Part shown: positions 9,101-16,020 of the stretch, piece by piece | Numbering within the stretch: the first letter of the stretch is position 1 | Layout: the number at the start of each line of letters is the position of its first letter | Source of the DNA: Chthonomonadales bacterium | Lineage (GTDB): Bacteria; Armatimonadota; Chthonomonadetes; Chthonomonadales; Chthonomonadaceae | DNA: 18,346 nucleotides | Direction: 5' to 3' | NCBI GenBank assembly: GCA_038217285.1 | Contig: JBBQPO010000112.1 | Location: 1 to 18,346 of the forward strand | The notes under the pieces: generated by a model | Seen by the model: only the letters and a program-made list of their open reading frames with translations | The model's database searches: none | Told to the model about the DNA's origin: nothing | Translations under genes and position numbers: made by a program

Positions 9101-9195
9101 ATCCACTCGCTCCGGGGAACCCGACGACGGTCACAGGAGGAGGCTTCCTGTCCCTGGTTCCCTTCTCAGACTACAAGCTCATGGGCCCGCACTAA
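6181..9195 (+). CDS. Secreted protein: two WD40 7-blade propellers + Ig-like domain + five FG-GAP/VCBS repeats (~1004 aa)
   Basis: The ORF track start (5917) overlaps the divergent ankyrin gene, whereas ATG 6181 has an RBS and is followed by a signal peptide (..QPVKA|QN). Fourteen (S/T/A)PD(G)-type blade motifs with GH..V..LAFSPDG..L.SGS.D.T..LW. Ig-like VVGG..ATATLTL..PAP.GG. Five DxNGDGxxD-type repeats. Confidence 0.9.
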   Translation: MVHSFFYAPLPAARRALGRLIGLLTLVLLLSFLGTQPVKAQNRPDIKWMHGIHFLTVQAVLSPDTTTLVTVGLDNTIKIRRTSDGILLRTIDNKGPYSQVSALAMSPDGTKIVVGSMTSLTDNSLSNRIYRISDGALLLSWAVSNHTDALAWSPDGTKIAESILGSNDIHLRSATDGSILTTLTGHTSSVGPLAFSPDGARLVSGSNDFTVRLWNTADGTLLHTFIGATNFIDSVAFSPDNHTLASTSDDGILRLWDANSGLLLHSIPHSASRLTDDLAFSPDGSVLATGVSQVQTWNVATGALLHSATLGPVPTAAIAVSYTPNGTYLMAVGQDPAVTFYNSADLSIARSLTLELNGLVGVTPDSAHVVSVGFDRTIWNTGTGALESLAPSFGRLGTMALSPDGTTIAATDDLNTLRVVRLSDGVLQVKVQIGFAPYAVAWSRDGKELFHCDSQGAITIRKASDGSKIGTLTGSPGEVRALAVSPDGKLLAGAGVGVGASNVYLWRLADSSLLSTFTGHTDVVNSLAFSPDSAKLLSGSADGTAILWNVADGTKLRILPNGSYVGNVAFAPDGQSFATAAFSPLAPLFPLSPIFWHLYFWRVSDGGLFGDFINETQNITSLTYTPDNANIVYTRLDATVVLAANPALNPFQANLVFNPATVVGGVPATATLTLAQPAPAGGVAFTLGGGISGVTLFPNSVTIAEGATSATFTVTTTPVLVNTRVPITATNSGYTVNATLNILAHLPADFTNSGHNALIFQSQTNNTVALWFTNVLNIIGGSTLRSVPQPGWKVVGAGDFNRDTNSDLVFQNQTTGQVVIWYMMGTTYIGGEALSFPPGAGYKVVGIGDFNGDGKPDILFQQQGTGQLVIWFMDGATVTGGVSIPQIPPASYKVVGVGDLEGDGNVDIVFQDQTNNQVVAWRMRGTQFQYINGVVYLPPTAWKVQAVIDINGDGKADIVFQNQTTNQMDVWYLNPLAPGNPTTVTGGGFLSLVPFSDYKLMGPH

Positions 9196-9239
9196 ACGTC
9201 ACAAATGTTGCTCTGACTGTTAGCGGCTCCATGTTCCCA

Positions 9240-9265
9240 ATCCCCCTTGATGAATCAAGGGGGAT
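9240..9265. terminator. Perfect 11-bp hairpin (terminator or REP-like)
   Basis: ATCCCCCTTGA-tgaa-TCAAGGGGGAT between convergent genes. No clear U-tract. Confidence 0.5.
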
Positions 9266-9279
9266 GTAGTCACCGCGGG

Positions 9280-9667
9280 TCAGGGGGTATCGGTGGGGTG
9301 AAGAAGTTGTTCGGCAGGTTCCACAGAGGCGTGAGGCAGAGCAGGGCGCAGCAGAGTGTCCGGCCGTGCGGTCGGCCCCTCAATAGGACGCAGCAGCAGC
9401 GAACCGACCAGTCTACTCTCCACAGAGCTCGGTTCAGACAGCCCCGCTGCATCGGGCTCAGGAGACGGGAGTCACTCGCCTGCAGACGCGGCAGCAGGCG
9501 GGTCAAAGACTGTTCTACCGTGGTCACGACGTGCTTACTTCAAACTTTAGAAACTCCAATGCCTCCGCCAGCGGCCCTACAGCCCGCACATCATCGAATC
9601 GTGAGATCGCCAGAGCGGCCGCCTTCTGTGCGTCTCGTCCTCCGGTTCGACCTGTTCTTCTGTGCAT
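9280..9667 (-). pseudogene. Degenerate HEAT-like repeat protein remnant with triple-LLR C-terminal tail
   Basis: Three pieces separated by frame changes: QKAAALAISRFDDVRAVGPLAEALEF / VEQSLTRLLPRLQASDSRLLSPMQRGCLNRAL / ESRLVGSLLLRPIEGPTARPDTLLRPALPHASVEPAEQLLHPTDTP* (stop 9282-9280). D.RAVGPL.EAL is HEAT/PBS-like. Confidence 0.65.
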
Positions 9668-9708
9668 TGTCTATTCAGAGCGTTTCTCCAGGCGTTGTCG
9701 CGCGGTGA

Positions 9709-10593
9709 TCAGCGGTTTCCGCCAGGAGAGCGATAACTGTGAATAAGGCGGGCGGCAGGCTTGTGGCCGTAGGTGACGGCGAGATCTTCTGCCGTTTTGC
9801 CATACTGGGTACGCAAGGTTGGATCGGCTCCTGCCTTGAGAAGCAGGGCGACGGCCTCCACATGGCCCTTGTCGGCAGCAGCCATAAGCGCTGTTCGGCC
9901 CAGATAGCCGACCGCGTTCACGTGTGCACCCGCTCGCAGCAGGATCTGGATGGATTCCCGATTGTCGGCCGCCGCCGCATAGGTTAACGGCACCAAACCG
10001 TCTTTGTTGGGCCTATTCGGATCCGCGCCATGGGCGAGAAGGTAGGAGAGGTCTGCCGCATGCCGATGATTCACGATGACTTCTATCAGTGGCGTCATGC
10101 CCAAAACGCGGTAGTTCACGTCTGCACCGTGCTGCACAAGCAGTTCGACATTGCGATGGTATACCGAACTTATCGCGAAATCGAGGGCCGTGACTCCCTG
10201 GTCGGTCTGAGCATGGACGTCCCCTCCTGCCTCTAGCAGAGCCTGTACGATCCGGTCGTTCGGATGGAAAGCGGCAAACATCAGGATGGTCGATCCATGA
10301 GATCGTGGTCGTTTCCTCTGGAAGACGATCTGCGGAATATCGAGTAGGGTAAAGGAGGGTTCGTAGCCAGGAGCATTGGGATCCGCCCCCTCCGCCAGCA
10401 GCGCCTGCACCAGCGCCTCATTTCCGTGGGACACGGCCGCCGCCAGACGCAAGTTTCGATGGTGGCGCACGAGGGCTGTGGAAATAGTCCAGGCGACTGC
10501 GATGCAGGCCACGCCCAATACCGCCAAAATCGAGAAAGCCCTTCGCCGTCTCCGATTTATGTGGTCGCTTCGCTTCGAATCTTGAATTTCCAT
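9709..10593 (-). CDS. N-terminal TM-anchored ankyrin-repeat protein, 294 aa
   Basis: RRRRR followed by a hydrophobic helix, then about 6-7 ankyrin repeats (GVTALDFA, GMTPLIEV, GRTALMAAADKGHVEAVALLLKAGADP, GKTAEDLA). GGAGG upstream. Confidence 0.92.
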   Translation of the reverse strand: MEIQDSKRSDHINRRRRRAFSILAVLGVACIAVAWTISTALVRHHRNLRLAAAVSHGNEALVQALLAEGADPNAPGYEPSFTLLDIPQIVFQRKRPRSHGSTILMFAAFHPNDRIVQALLEAGGDVHAQTDQGVTALDFAISSVYHRNVELLVQHGADVNYRVLGMTPLIEVIVNHRHAADLSYLLAHGADPNRPNKDGLVPLTYAAAADNRESIQILLRAGAHVNAVGYLGRTALMAAADKGHVEAVALLLKAGADPTLRTQYGKTAEDLAVTYGHKPAARLIHSYRSPGGNR

Positions 10594-10741
10594 AGCTCAC
10601 CTGCCTCCGTACAGTCGATTTGGCTCGAACCGTGGCGACCCTCCTAAAAGATCGCTTTCATTCTCCTTTACGTCGCCCCGTGGGCCTGGTTTCGGATTAT
10701 CGGCTTCCTATTGCGAGGTCTGGTGCGCGGCCTGACGACCA

Positions 10742-11569
10742 TCAAAGATCGCTTTCGAGAAAGGCGATGGCTTGCGGCACTTCGGAGCGCGCGATCTCCA
10801 AAATACAGGGTGCCGGAGCGAACAGAGGATGGGCGCGCAGGCGGCGAAGTCCCTCTCCGATGGTGCCTGTGCCGGGCACGGCATGGCGATCACGATGGCT
10901 GCCGCAGGCTTCGCGGGCATCGTTGAGGTGCAGGGCCGTCAGGTAGGGTGCCAGACCGGCGGCCTCCATTTCGTCCGCCAACCGTTCCGGGGCATCAGGA
11001 GCCGCCAGATCGAAGCCTGCGACGTGCAGATGGCAGGTGTCGAGCACCAGCCCCAACTTTGCCGGATCAGCGTCGAGGGCGGCCACGACCTGCCCCAGTT
11101 CGGCGATGGTCTGGCCCAGTTCGGTGCCTTCGCAGCTGTTTTCCAGCAGAACCCGTGCCCCGACCGGCAGACGCCCCAGCACGTCGCGGAGTTTGTAAGC
11201 GAGAGCGTCCAGCGCGGCCTCGCGACGGGCATGGCCTTTCTGATACCCGCCATGAAAACAGACGCCCGCCAGCCCGAGCGACGCGGCGAGCGTGGCATCG
11301 GCGACCAGGGCGCTCGCCGAGCCGTTGCGGATGCGAGGATCGGGCGAGGGGAGATTGGTCAGCAGCGAGGCGTGCACGATTCCCCAGAGCGGCCCCGTCG
11401 CCGCGCAGGCGTTACGGAACGCCTCCTGATCGGCGGCATCCGGAATGCCGTCTTTGGAGAGCCGGAGCGGATCCCGCAGCGTTGTCTGAAACGTGTTATA
11501 ACCTGAACGCGTCAATAGACCGGGAATGTCGGCCAGGGGCGGATCGATATGAGGTCCAATACGGGGCAT
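10742..11569 (-). CDS. nfo: Endonuclease IV (AP endonuclease family 2), divergent
   Basis: IGPH, VHAS, FHGG, LLENS, LDTCH, HLND, HRDRH and ILE motifs supply all nine metal-ligand positions. GGAGG RBS. Confidence 0.8.
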   Translation of the reverse strand: MPRIGPHIDPPLADIPGLLTRSGYNTFQTTLRDPLRLSKDGIPDAADQEAFRNACAATGPLWGIVHASLLTNLPSPDPRIRNGSASALVADATLAASLGLAGVCFHGGYQKGHARREAALDALAYKLRDVLGRLPVGARVLLENSCEGTELGQTIAELGQVVAALDADPAKLGLVLDTCHLHVAGFDLAAPDAPERLADEMEAAGLAPYLTALHLNDAREACGSHRDRHAVPGTGTIGEGLRRLRAHPLFAPAPCILEIARSEVPQAIAFLESDL

Positions 11570-11736
11570 CGCAGCCTCCTTGGTTAGAATCGGTCAGGAT
11601 AACACAGATGGGAAGCACAAACCAGCACTTTTGCCGCAGGAGCAGAGGTGACGGCCTTGTGTTGAATATAATACTCTATCCTTGCCGATGAGAGCAAAGC
11701 AAAACCCGAACGCTATTTTTGAGGAGAAGTCATCTC

Positions 11737-12540
11737 ATGCATTCCACTTCTGATGCCGGAGTTCCCGAACTTCTGGCGAACGTCAACGTCGCCACTGTGT
11801 TTCTCATCGCGCTGGTGTTGACCTTGCTTCGACTGGTGCTGTTGAGCCTCAAGGTCACGACTCCACCGGGCAAGCCGCAGGAGACGCATCCGACCGCGCG
11901 CAGCGTTGCGGAGATTCTGGAATCGCTCCTCATCGCGGGCGTTCTGGTCTTTCTCATCATTCGCCCCTTTTTTGTGCAGGCGTTCTATATCCCTTCCGCA
12001 TCGATGGAGCCGACCCTGCTTGGTCATGACGCCAGCCATAATCTCGGTACTGGGGAGGATCATTCCGACACCGTGCATGACCACCTCTTCGTCAGCAAAC
12101 TGGCCTACCGAACGGGCGACCCACAGCACGGCGACATCGTTGTTTTCAAGGCGCCGAAAGAGGCGGATATGGAAGACAAATATCGGGGATTACCTCAGAA
12201 AGAGAATATCCTCATCAAGCGCTGCATGGGTCTGCCAGGCGATACGATCTGGGTCCACGACGGTGCGGTCTATCGCAAACAGCCCGGGCAGGCCGAATTT
12301 ACGCGGCTGGTCGAACCTTACCTCGATCCCAAACATCCTATAGATGACCCGCAGCCCAGCGAGGCCATATTCGGAGTACGCGAGCCGCTCGTGCTCTCTC
12401 CAGGCCAGTACTTCATGATGGGCGACAACCGTAACCATAGTAGTGACAGCCGCTTTTGGGGCATCGTCGAGCGTAAGCGCGTCCTCGGCAAAGCCTCCGT
12501 TATCTTTTTTCCCTTCAATCGTATCCGCGTCCTCCACTAG
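11737..12540 (+). CDS. lepB: Signal peptidase I
   Basis: Two N-terminal TM helices, PSASMEPTL (catalytic Ser), IKR (catalytic Lys) and GDNRNHSSDSR. GAGGAG RBS before ATG 11737. TATAAT at 11667-11672. Confidence 0.95.
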   Translation: MHSTSDAGVPELLANVNVATVFLIALVLTLLRLVLLSLKVTTPPGKPQETHPTARSVAEILESLLIAGVLVFLIIRPFFVQAFYIPSASMEPTLLGHDASHNLGTGEDHSDTVHDHLFVSKLAYRTGDPQHGDIVVFKAPKEADMEDKYRGLPQKENILIKRCMGLPGDTIWVHDGAVYRKQPGQAEFTRLVEPYLDPKHPIDDPQPSEAIFGVREPLVLSPGQYFMMGDNRNHSSDSRFWGIVERKRVLGKASVIFFPFNRIRVLH

Positions 12541-12668
12541 CCGGCGCGCTTGGCGGCAAAAACACACGGATCGATTTTCAGAAATTGTAGAGCGCTCTTC
12601 TTTCAAGAGGCAGACTTCAGATGGCACCGACTCGTGGTAGAGCCAGACGGGCGAAATCCTTCCTCAAG

Positions 12669-13154
12669 TCAGGATGCGCGTCGCAAGAGTCTCTCTATAT
12701 TCCCGACCCAGAGCAGGTAGGTTTCCAACGGACCGCCCTGAAGGGCGTTGTATAGCCGCTCATCTGCGGTCACCAGAAGTGCGTTCTCGCGCACAGCCAG
12801 GGCCACGTACAAGCTGTCGTAGACGGTGCGCCCCGTGTTGCATGCGATCTCCATAGCGGACATCACGAGTGGCCAGGACGGATGCACCACTAAAGGCAGG
12901 TCGCCCAGCACCTGTAGGAGCGCGGACGCCTCGTCCGGGGTGATCTCGCCGCTTCTTACCCGCTTCCAGAGGATGTTGCCGACCTCCGAGTAGAGCAGGT
13001 CGGGAATCAGGAGAACGAGACCGGGGGAAAGCAAGCGCAGCGCCTCCTCTGCATGAATCTCTGGCAGGAACCACTTTACCGCTACACTGGCGTCGACGAC
13101 CACAGGACGCATGGACTGCTCTTCCCCTCCCGCGCTCGTCGCCATGTCGCTCAT
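12669..13154 (-). CDS. vapC: VapC/FitB PIN-domain toxin
   Basis: VVVDASVAVKW, EVGNILWK, TVYDSLYVALA and LVTADERL PIN motifs. ATGA overlap with the antitoxin stop (alternative start 13112). Confidence 0.93.
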   Translation of the reverse strand: MSDMATSAGGEEQSMRPVVVDASVAVKWFLPEIHAEEALRLLSPGLVLLIPDLLYSEVGNILWKRVRSGEITPDEASALLQVLGDLPLVVHPSWPLVMSAMEIACNTGRTVYDSLYVALAVRENALLVTADERLYNALQGGPLETYLLWVGNIERLLRRAS

Positions 13155-13381
13155 CGCTCCCGATCCTCACGCAGCAACGCAACGCTGTCGCCAAATGTGC
13201 GGCCTGCGAACAGGGCGCGCACCCGCTCCACCTCAACCCGCATCTCAAAAGGATCGGATGCGACAGTCGAGCGAAAGATCGCGCGCACCTCTGCTTCCAG
13301 TGAGCGCCCGTTTCTCTGCGCCCGTGCCTTGAGCTTCTCCATAACGGCAAGGTCCACATCCCGTACAAGTACTTGCGACAT
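13151..13381 (-). CDS. FitA-like ribbon-helix-helix antitoxin
   Basis: MSQVLVRDVD..VMEKLKARAQRNGRSLEAEVRAI and C-terminal DSVALLREDRER. AAGGAGG RBS. Lies directly upstream of the PIN gene. Confidence 0.92.
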   Translation of the reverse strand: MSQVLVRDVDLAVMEKLKARAQRNGRSLEAEVRAIFRSTVASDPFEMRVEVERVRALFAGRTFGDSVALLREDRER

Positions 13382-13409
13382 CCTGAGAGCCTCCTTCAGT
13401 GCGATCTAT

Positions 13410-13448
13410 TGATAGCATTATGATAGCATACAGAGCATTGTCCGTCAA
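13410..13448 (-). promoter_or_regulatory. TA operon promoter with overlapping operator repeats
   Basis: TTGACG (13448-13443), 17 nt, then TATCAT (13425-13420) with an extended -10 TG. ATGCTATCA occurs twice (13429-13421 and 13418-13410). Confidence 0.8.
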
Positions 13449-13499
13449 CGTGCCCGTCCGTTTTCCGGTATGCGTGGGGCCATGTCTCCGCCTTCGATA

Positions 13500-13719
13500 T
13501 TCAGGAGGCACGGCGGTATCCCCCTGGCTACTCGCGCGTGCGCACCCTCTTGCGAATGCTGGAGTTGCAGGAGAAGCGAATGGATTGACCCGTCCCGGTG
13601 AACACCTCCTCCGCGCCTCCAACCCTTTCCCTTTGGGCTTGGAAAACCTGCTGCGTCCGGCCCAGAGCACGCAGCAAACTGATCCGCAGGAACTCCTCCG
13701 CCCCAGCGACCCCGAATAG
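13500..13719 (+). pseudogene. 3' remnant of a gene ending in a triple-LLR tail
   Basis: RPGEHLLRASNPFPLGLENLLRPAQSTQQTDPQELLRPSDPE* (13591-13719). The listed start (13399) lies in the TA leader and the frame runs through the TA promoter, so it is not credible. The left boundary is approximate. Confidence 0.55.
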
Positions 13720-13768
13720 ACCGCGCCACGCCGCTAGAGATGGCACCACTGGCTTTCAGTTGGCTCCC

Positions 13769-14122
13769 CTATGTTTCCAGGGCTTCCGCTTTCAGGTAGA
13801 GGTTCAGGGGCGCTTCCGCAAAATACTTGAACAACGCAGGACACAACCAGCCTTCCAGGTCCGTTCCTGCCCACCGATACCAGTTCCCCGGCATCTCCGT
13901 GTCTTCCCGTATCCATTCCAACCGCATCCAGTAGCCCGGAAACGGCGTCACCGAGAACAACAACCGGAAGCCTTTTTCCGCGTTAGGGATTTTCTCGGTC
14001 AGATATTCAAGCAGCACATCCGCCCCGGCGATGAAAAGCTCACCCTCAAGCCCGACGCGCACGTCGTCGAACATCCACATCCCGAACTGTTTGTAGGGAA
14101 TAATGACCGACAGAGAGTTCAT
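13769..14122 (-). CDS. DUF6717-family protein
   Basis: MNSLSVIIPYK..GMWMFDD..VGL..E.FIAGAD...GFRLLFS..PFPGY...GNWY...EGWLCPALFKYF.EAP..LY pattern. Confidence 0.8.
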   Translation of the reverse strand: MNSLSVIIPYKQFGMWMFDDVRVGLEGELFIAGADVLLEYLTEKIPNAEKGFRLLFSVTPFPGYWMRLEWIREDTEMPGNWYRWAGTDLEGWLCPALFKYFAEAPLNLYLKAEALET

Positions 14123-14132
14123 AACGTGAAAT

Positions 14133-14786
14133 TTACCCCTTCTCAAATAGATTGGCGACGTTGTTGCGATTGAACTTCAGGGCATCCGCCCGCGCGCTGC
14201 GCCCATTGGGAGAGGTTCGGTTAGGATCGGCTCCGCTCTCCAACAGCAAGCGGGCGACCTCGAAATACCCCTGATTGGTCGCATACATCAGCGCGGTAAG
14301 ACCGGTGAATCCCTGCGCATCCACTTTTGCGCCCGACTTTATCAGCAGCCATGCAATGTCGGGGTCGTTGTTCCGCGCTGCGCGGATCAGCGGTGTTTCC
14401 CCGCTCAGAGGGTAACGCGCTTCCGGATTGGCTCCCGCTTGCAGCAGCAGGCGAGCGACTTCGAGCCGTCGGTACTGGATAGCAAGATGCAGGGCCGAGA
14501 GACCGTTTGCCGACAGTGCCTCCGCTCCCATGCCCTGTTTGAGAGTGAGTTGTATGTCTTCCTGCTCATTGCGAATGATGACGCGCAGGAAAGCCTCCTC
14601 CACCGGTGCCCCCTTCCTGCATCGCCCCGCATGTCTGGTCCGCCAAAGGCGGACTTTAGTCTTAACGGCCCGCACGACCCGGGCGACGCGTCGCACGACA
14701 AACAAAAGACAGTCGAAAATACCCGTGAACAGAAGCTCGAAAAATCGCTCGTCCCAGCTCGGTTTTGCAGGCGATGTGTTGGACAT
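14133..14786 (-). CDS. Ankyrin-repeat protein, 217 aa
   Basis: GLSALHLAI, GETPLIRAA, GLTALMYATNQGYFEVARLLLESGADPN. Hydrophobic and then basic N-terminal segment. Confidence 0.9.
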   Translation of the reverse strand: MSNTSPAKPSWDERFFELLFTGIFDCLLFVVRRVARVVRAVKTKVRLWRTRHAGRCRKGAPVEEAFLRVIIRNEQEDIQLTLKQGMGAEALSANGLSALHLAIQYRRLEVARLLLQAGANPEARYPLSGETPLIRAARNNDPDIAWLLIKSGAKVDAQGFTGLTALMYATNQGYFEVARLLLESGADPNRTSPNGRSARADALKFNRNNVANLFEKG

Positions 14787-14835
14787 TGAAATGGCTTTTC
14801 ATCTCACCCAAAAGATACCCTGAACGGAGGAGTTG

Positions 14836-15660
14836 TCACGGTACCAGGTTGAAGAATGCCTGTGCGTTCGGATTCACGGCGTCGGCACAGTTGGGACAGG
14901 GGTTTTGCGGGTCGTCGTCGCGCTCCATCGGGCTTATATTTGCCGGGGTCAATGTCTTCACGTGACCGTCTACCATCAGGTAGTTGCCAATCCCCGCATG
15001 GCGGTTCGCCTGGGTATGGTCGCTATGGCGTGTATAGAACTGCTCCCCAACGAGCGCTCCCCCGATGGCGGTGTTGTTCTCCACGTTCGTACCGTCGTTG
15101 GCGTCTCCGTCCCGTGCCAGGACCGTCTGGGCGCTTCGTCCGATCTGGGCATAGGGCACGCCGTCCCCGGAGGTGGTTTCTTTGATGCCGTCTACCTGCG
15201 TGCCGGTCAGATAGAGATTGACATGGTAGCTGTCCGCATTGGCGACATTCAGTGAGCCGTTGGTATTGAGAAGCGCCGGATTGTACGAGATCGGATCCTG
15301 AGGGCAGCGCCAGATGGCCGTATTTTTGATATACGCAAACAGGAACCCCACCGGTCGGCCGACAGTCGGGTCGGCATTCGCGAAGGCGTTGTCGCCCAGC
15401 AGACGCTGCGCATTGTTCACCTGAAGCTTCTTGCCGGGTGACGCATTGTTGACCGCACGGGGAAAGGTTTCATCGAAATCCTGCACGTACATGAGGATAC
15501 TGGTGCCGAACTGTTTCTCATTGCTCATACAGACCGCTTGGCGTGCTCGGGAGCGCGCCTGCGCAAACACAGGAAAGAGTATGGCCGCGAGGATCGCGAT
15601 AATCGCGATGACCACGAGGAGTTCGATAAGCGTAAAAGCGCGTTTGTTGGCTTTGTTCAC
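14836..15660 (-). CDS. Prepilin-type N-terminal cleavage/methylation (DUF1559) protein with H-X9-DG motif
   Basis: GTG start after [38 protein letters not shown]...C.SN.KQ...MYVQDFDE, then C-terminal [16 protein letters not shown]. Confidence 0.93.
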   Translation of the reverse strand: MNKANKRAFTLIELLVVIAIIAILAAILFPVFAQARSRARQAVCMSNEKQFGTSILMYVQDFDETFPRAVNNASPGKKLQVNNAQRLLGDNAFANADPTVGRPVGFLFAYIKNTAIWRCPQDPISYNPALLNTNGSLNVANADSYHVNLYLTGTQVDGIKETTSGDGVPYAQIGRSAQTVLARDGDANDGTNVENNTAIGGALVGEQFYTRHSDHTQANRHAGIGNYLMVDGHVKTLTPANISPMERDDDPQNPCPNCADAVNPNAQAFFNLVP

Positions 15661-16020
15661 GATATTCCTTTTCCGTCCGAAATGGCGGTCCGCAGTCGGC
15701 TGCCCTATTGATGGGACGAGAGCGCCGTGGGATGGTTTCACCGGGAGTACAGAAAGGTTCGTCGCGCCGTGCCTATTCTCCTCGGTAACGTTCGGTCTGC
15801 CGCGCCGTTTTAGAGTCGAGGGGAAGACAGCTCGCGCCCTCCTTTGCGGGGAGTCGCCGCCCGGAAATTCTCGTAACGATCCTTCGCATGGTCCGTCTAA
15901 TCCCTCGCAAACAGAAGAAGGCCCTTCGCGTCGAGCGCACTATAGTACGCAAGCCCGCCCACGTAACTGCCGGCAAAACATTGACAATCGAGCTTACCAG
16001 AGTGGTGGAGAATCCAAACG

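Noticed and set aside
12619-13747. AGATGGCACC repeated on both sides of the TA module as a target-site duplication
   Set aside because: Only 10 bp at 1.1 kb separation, plausible by chance, with no element ends.
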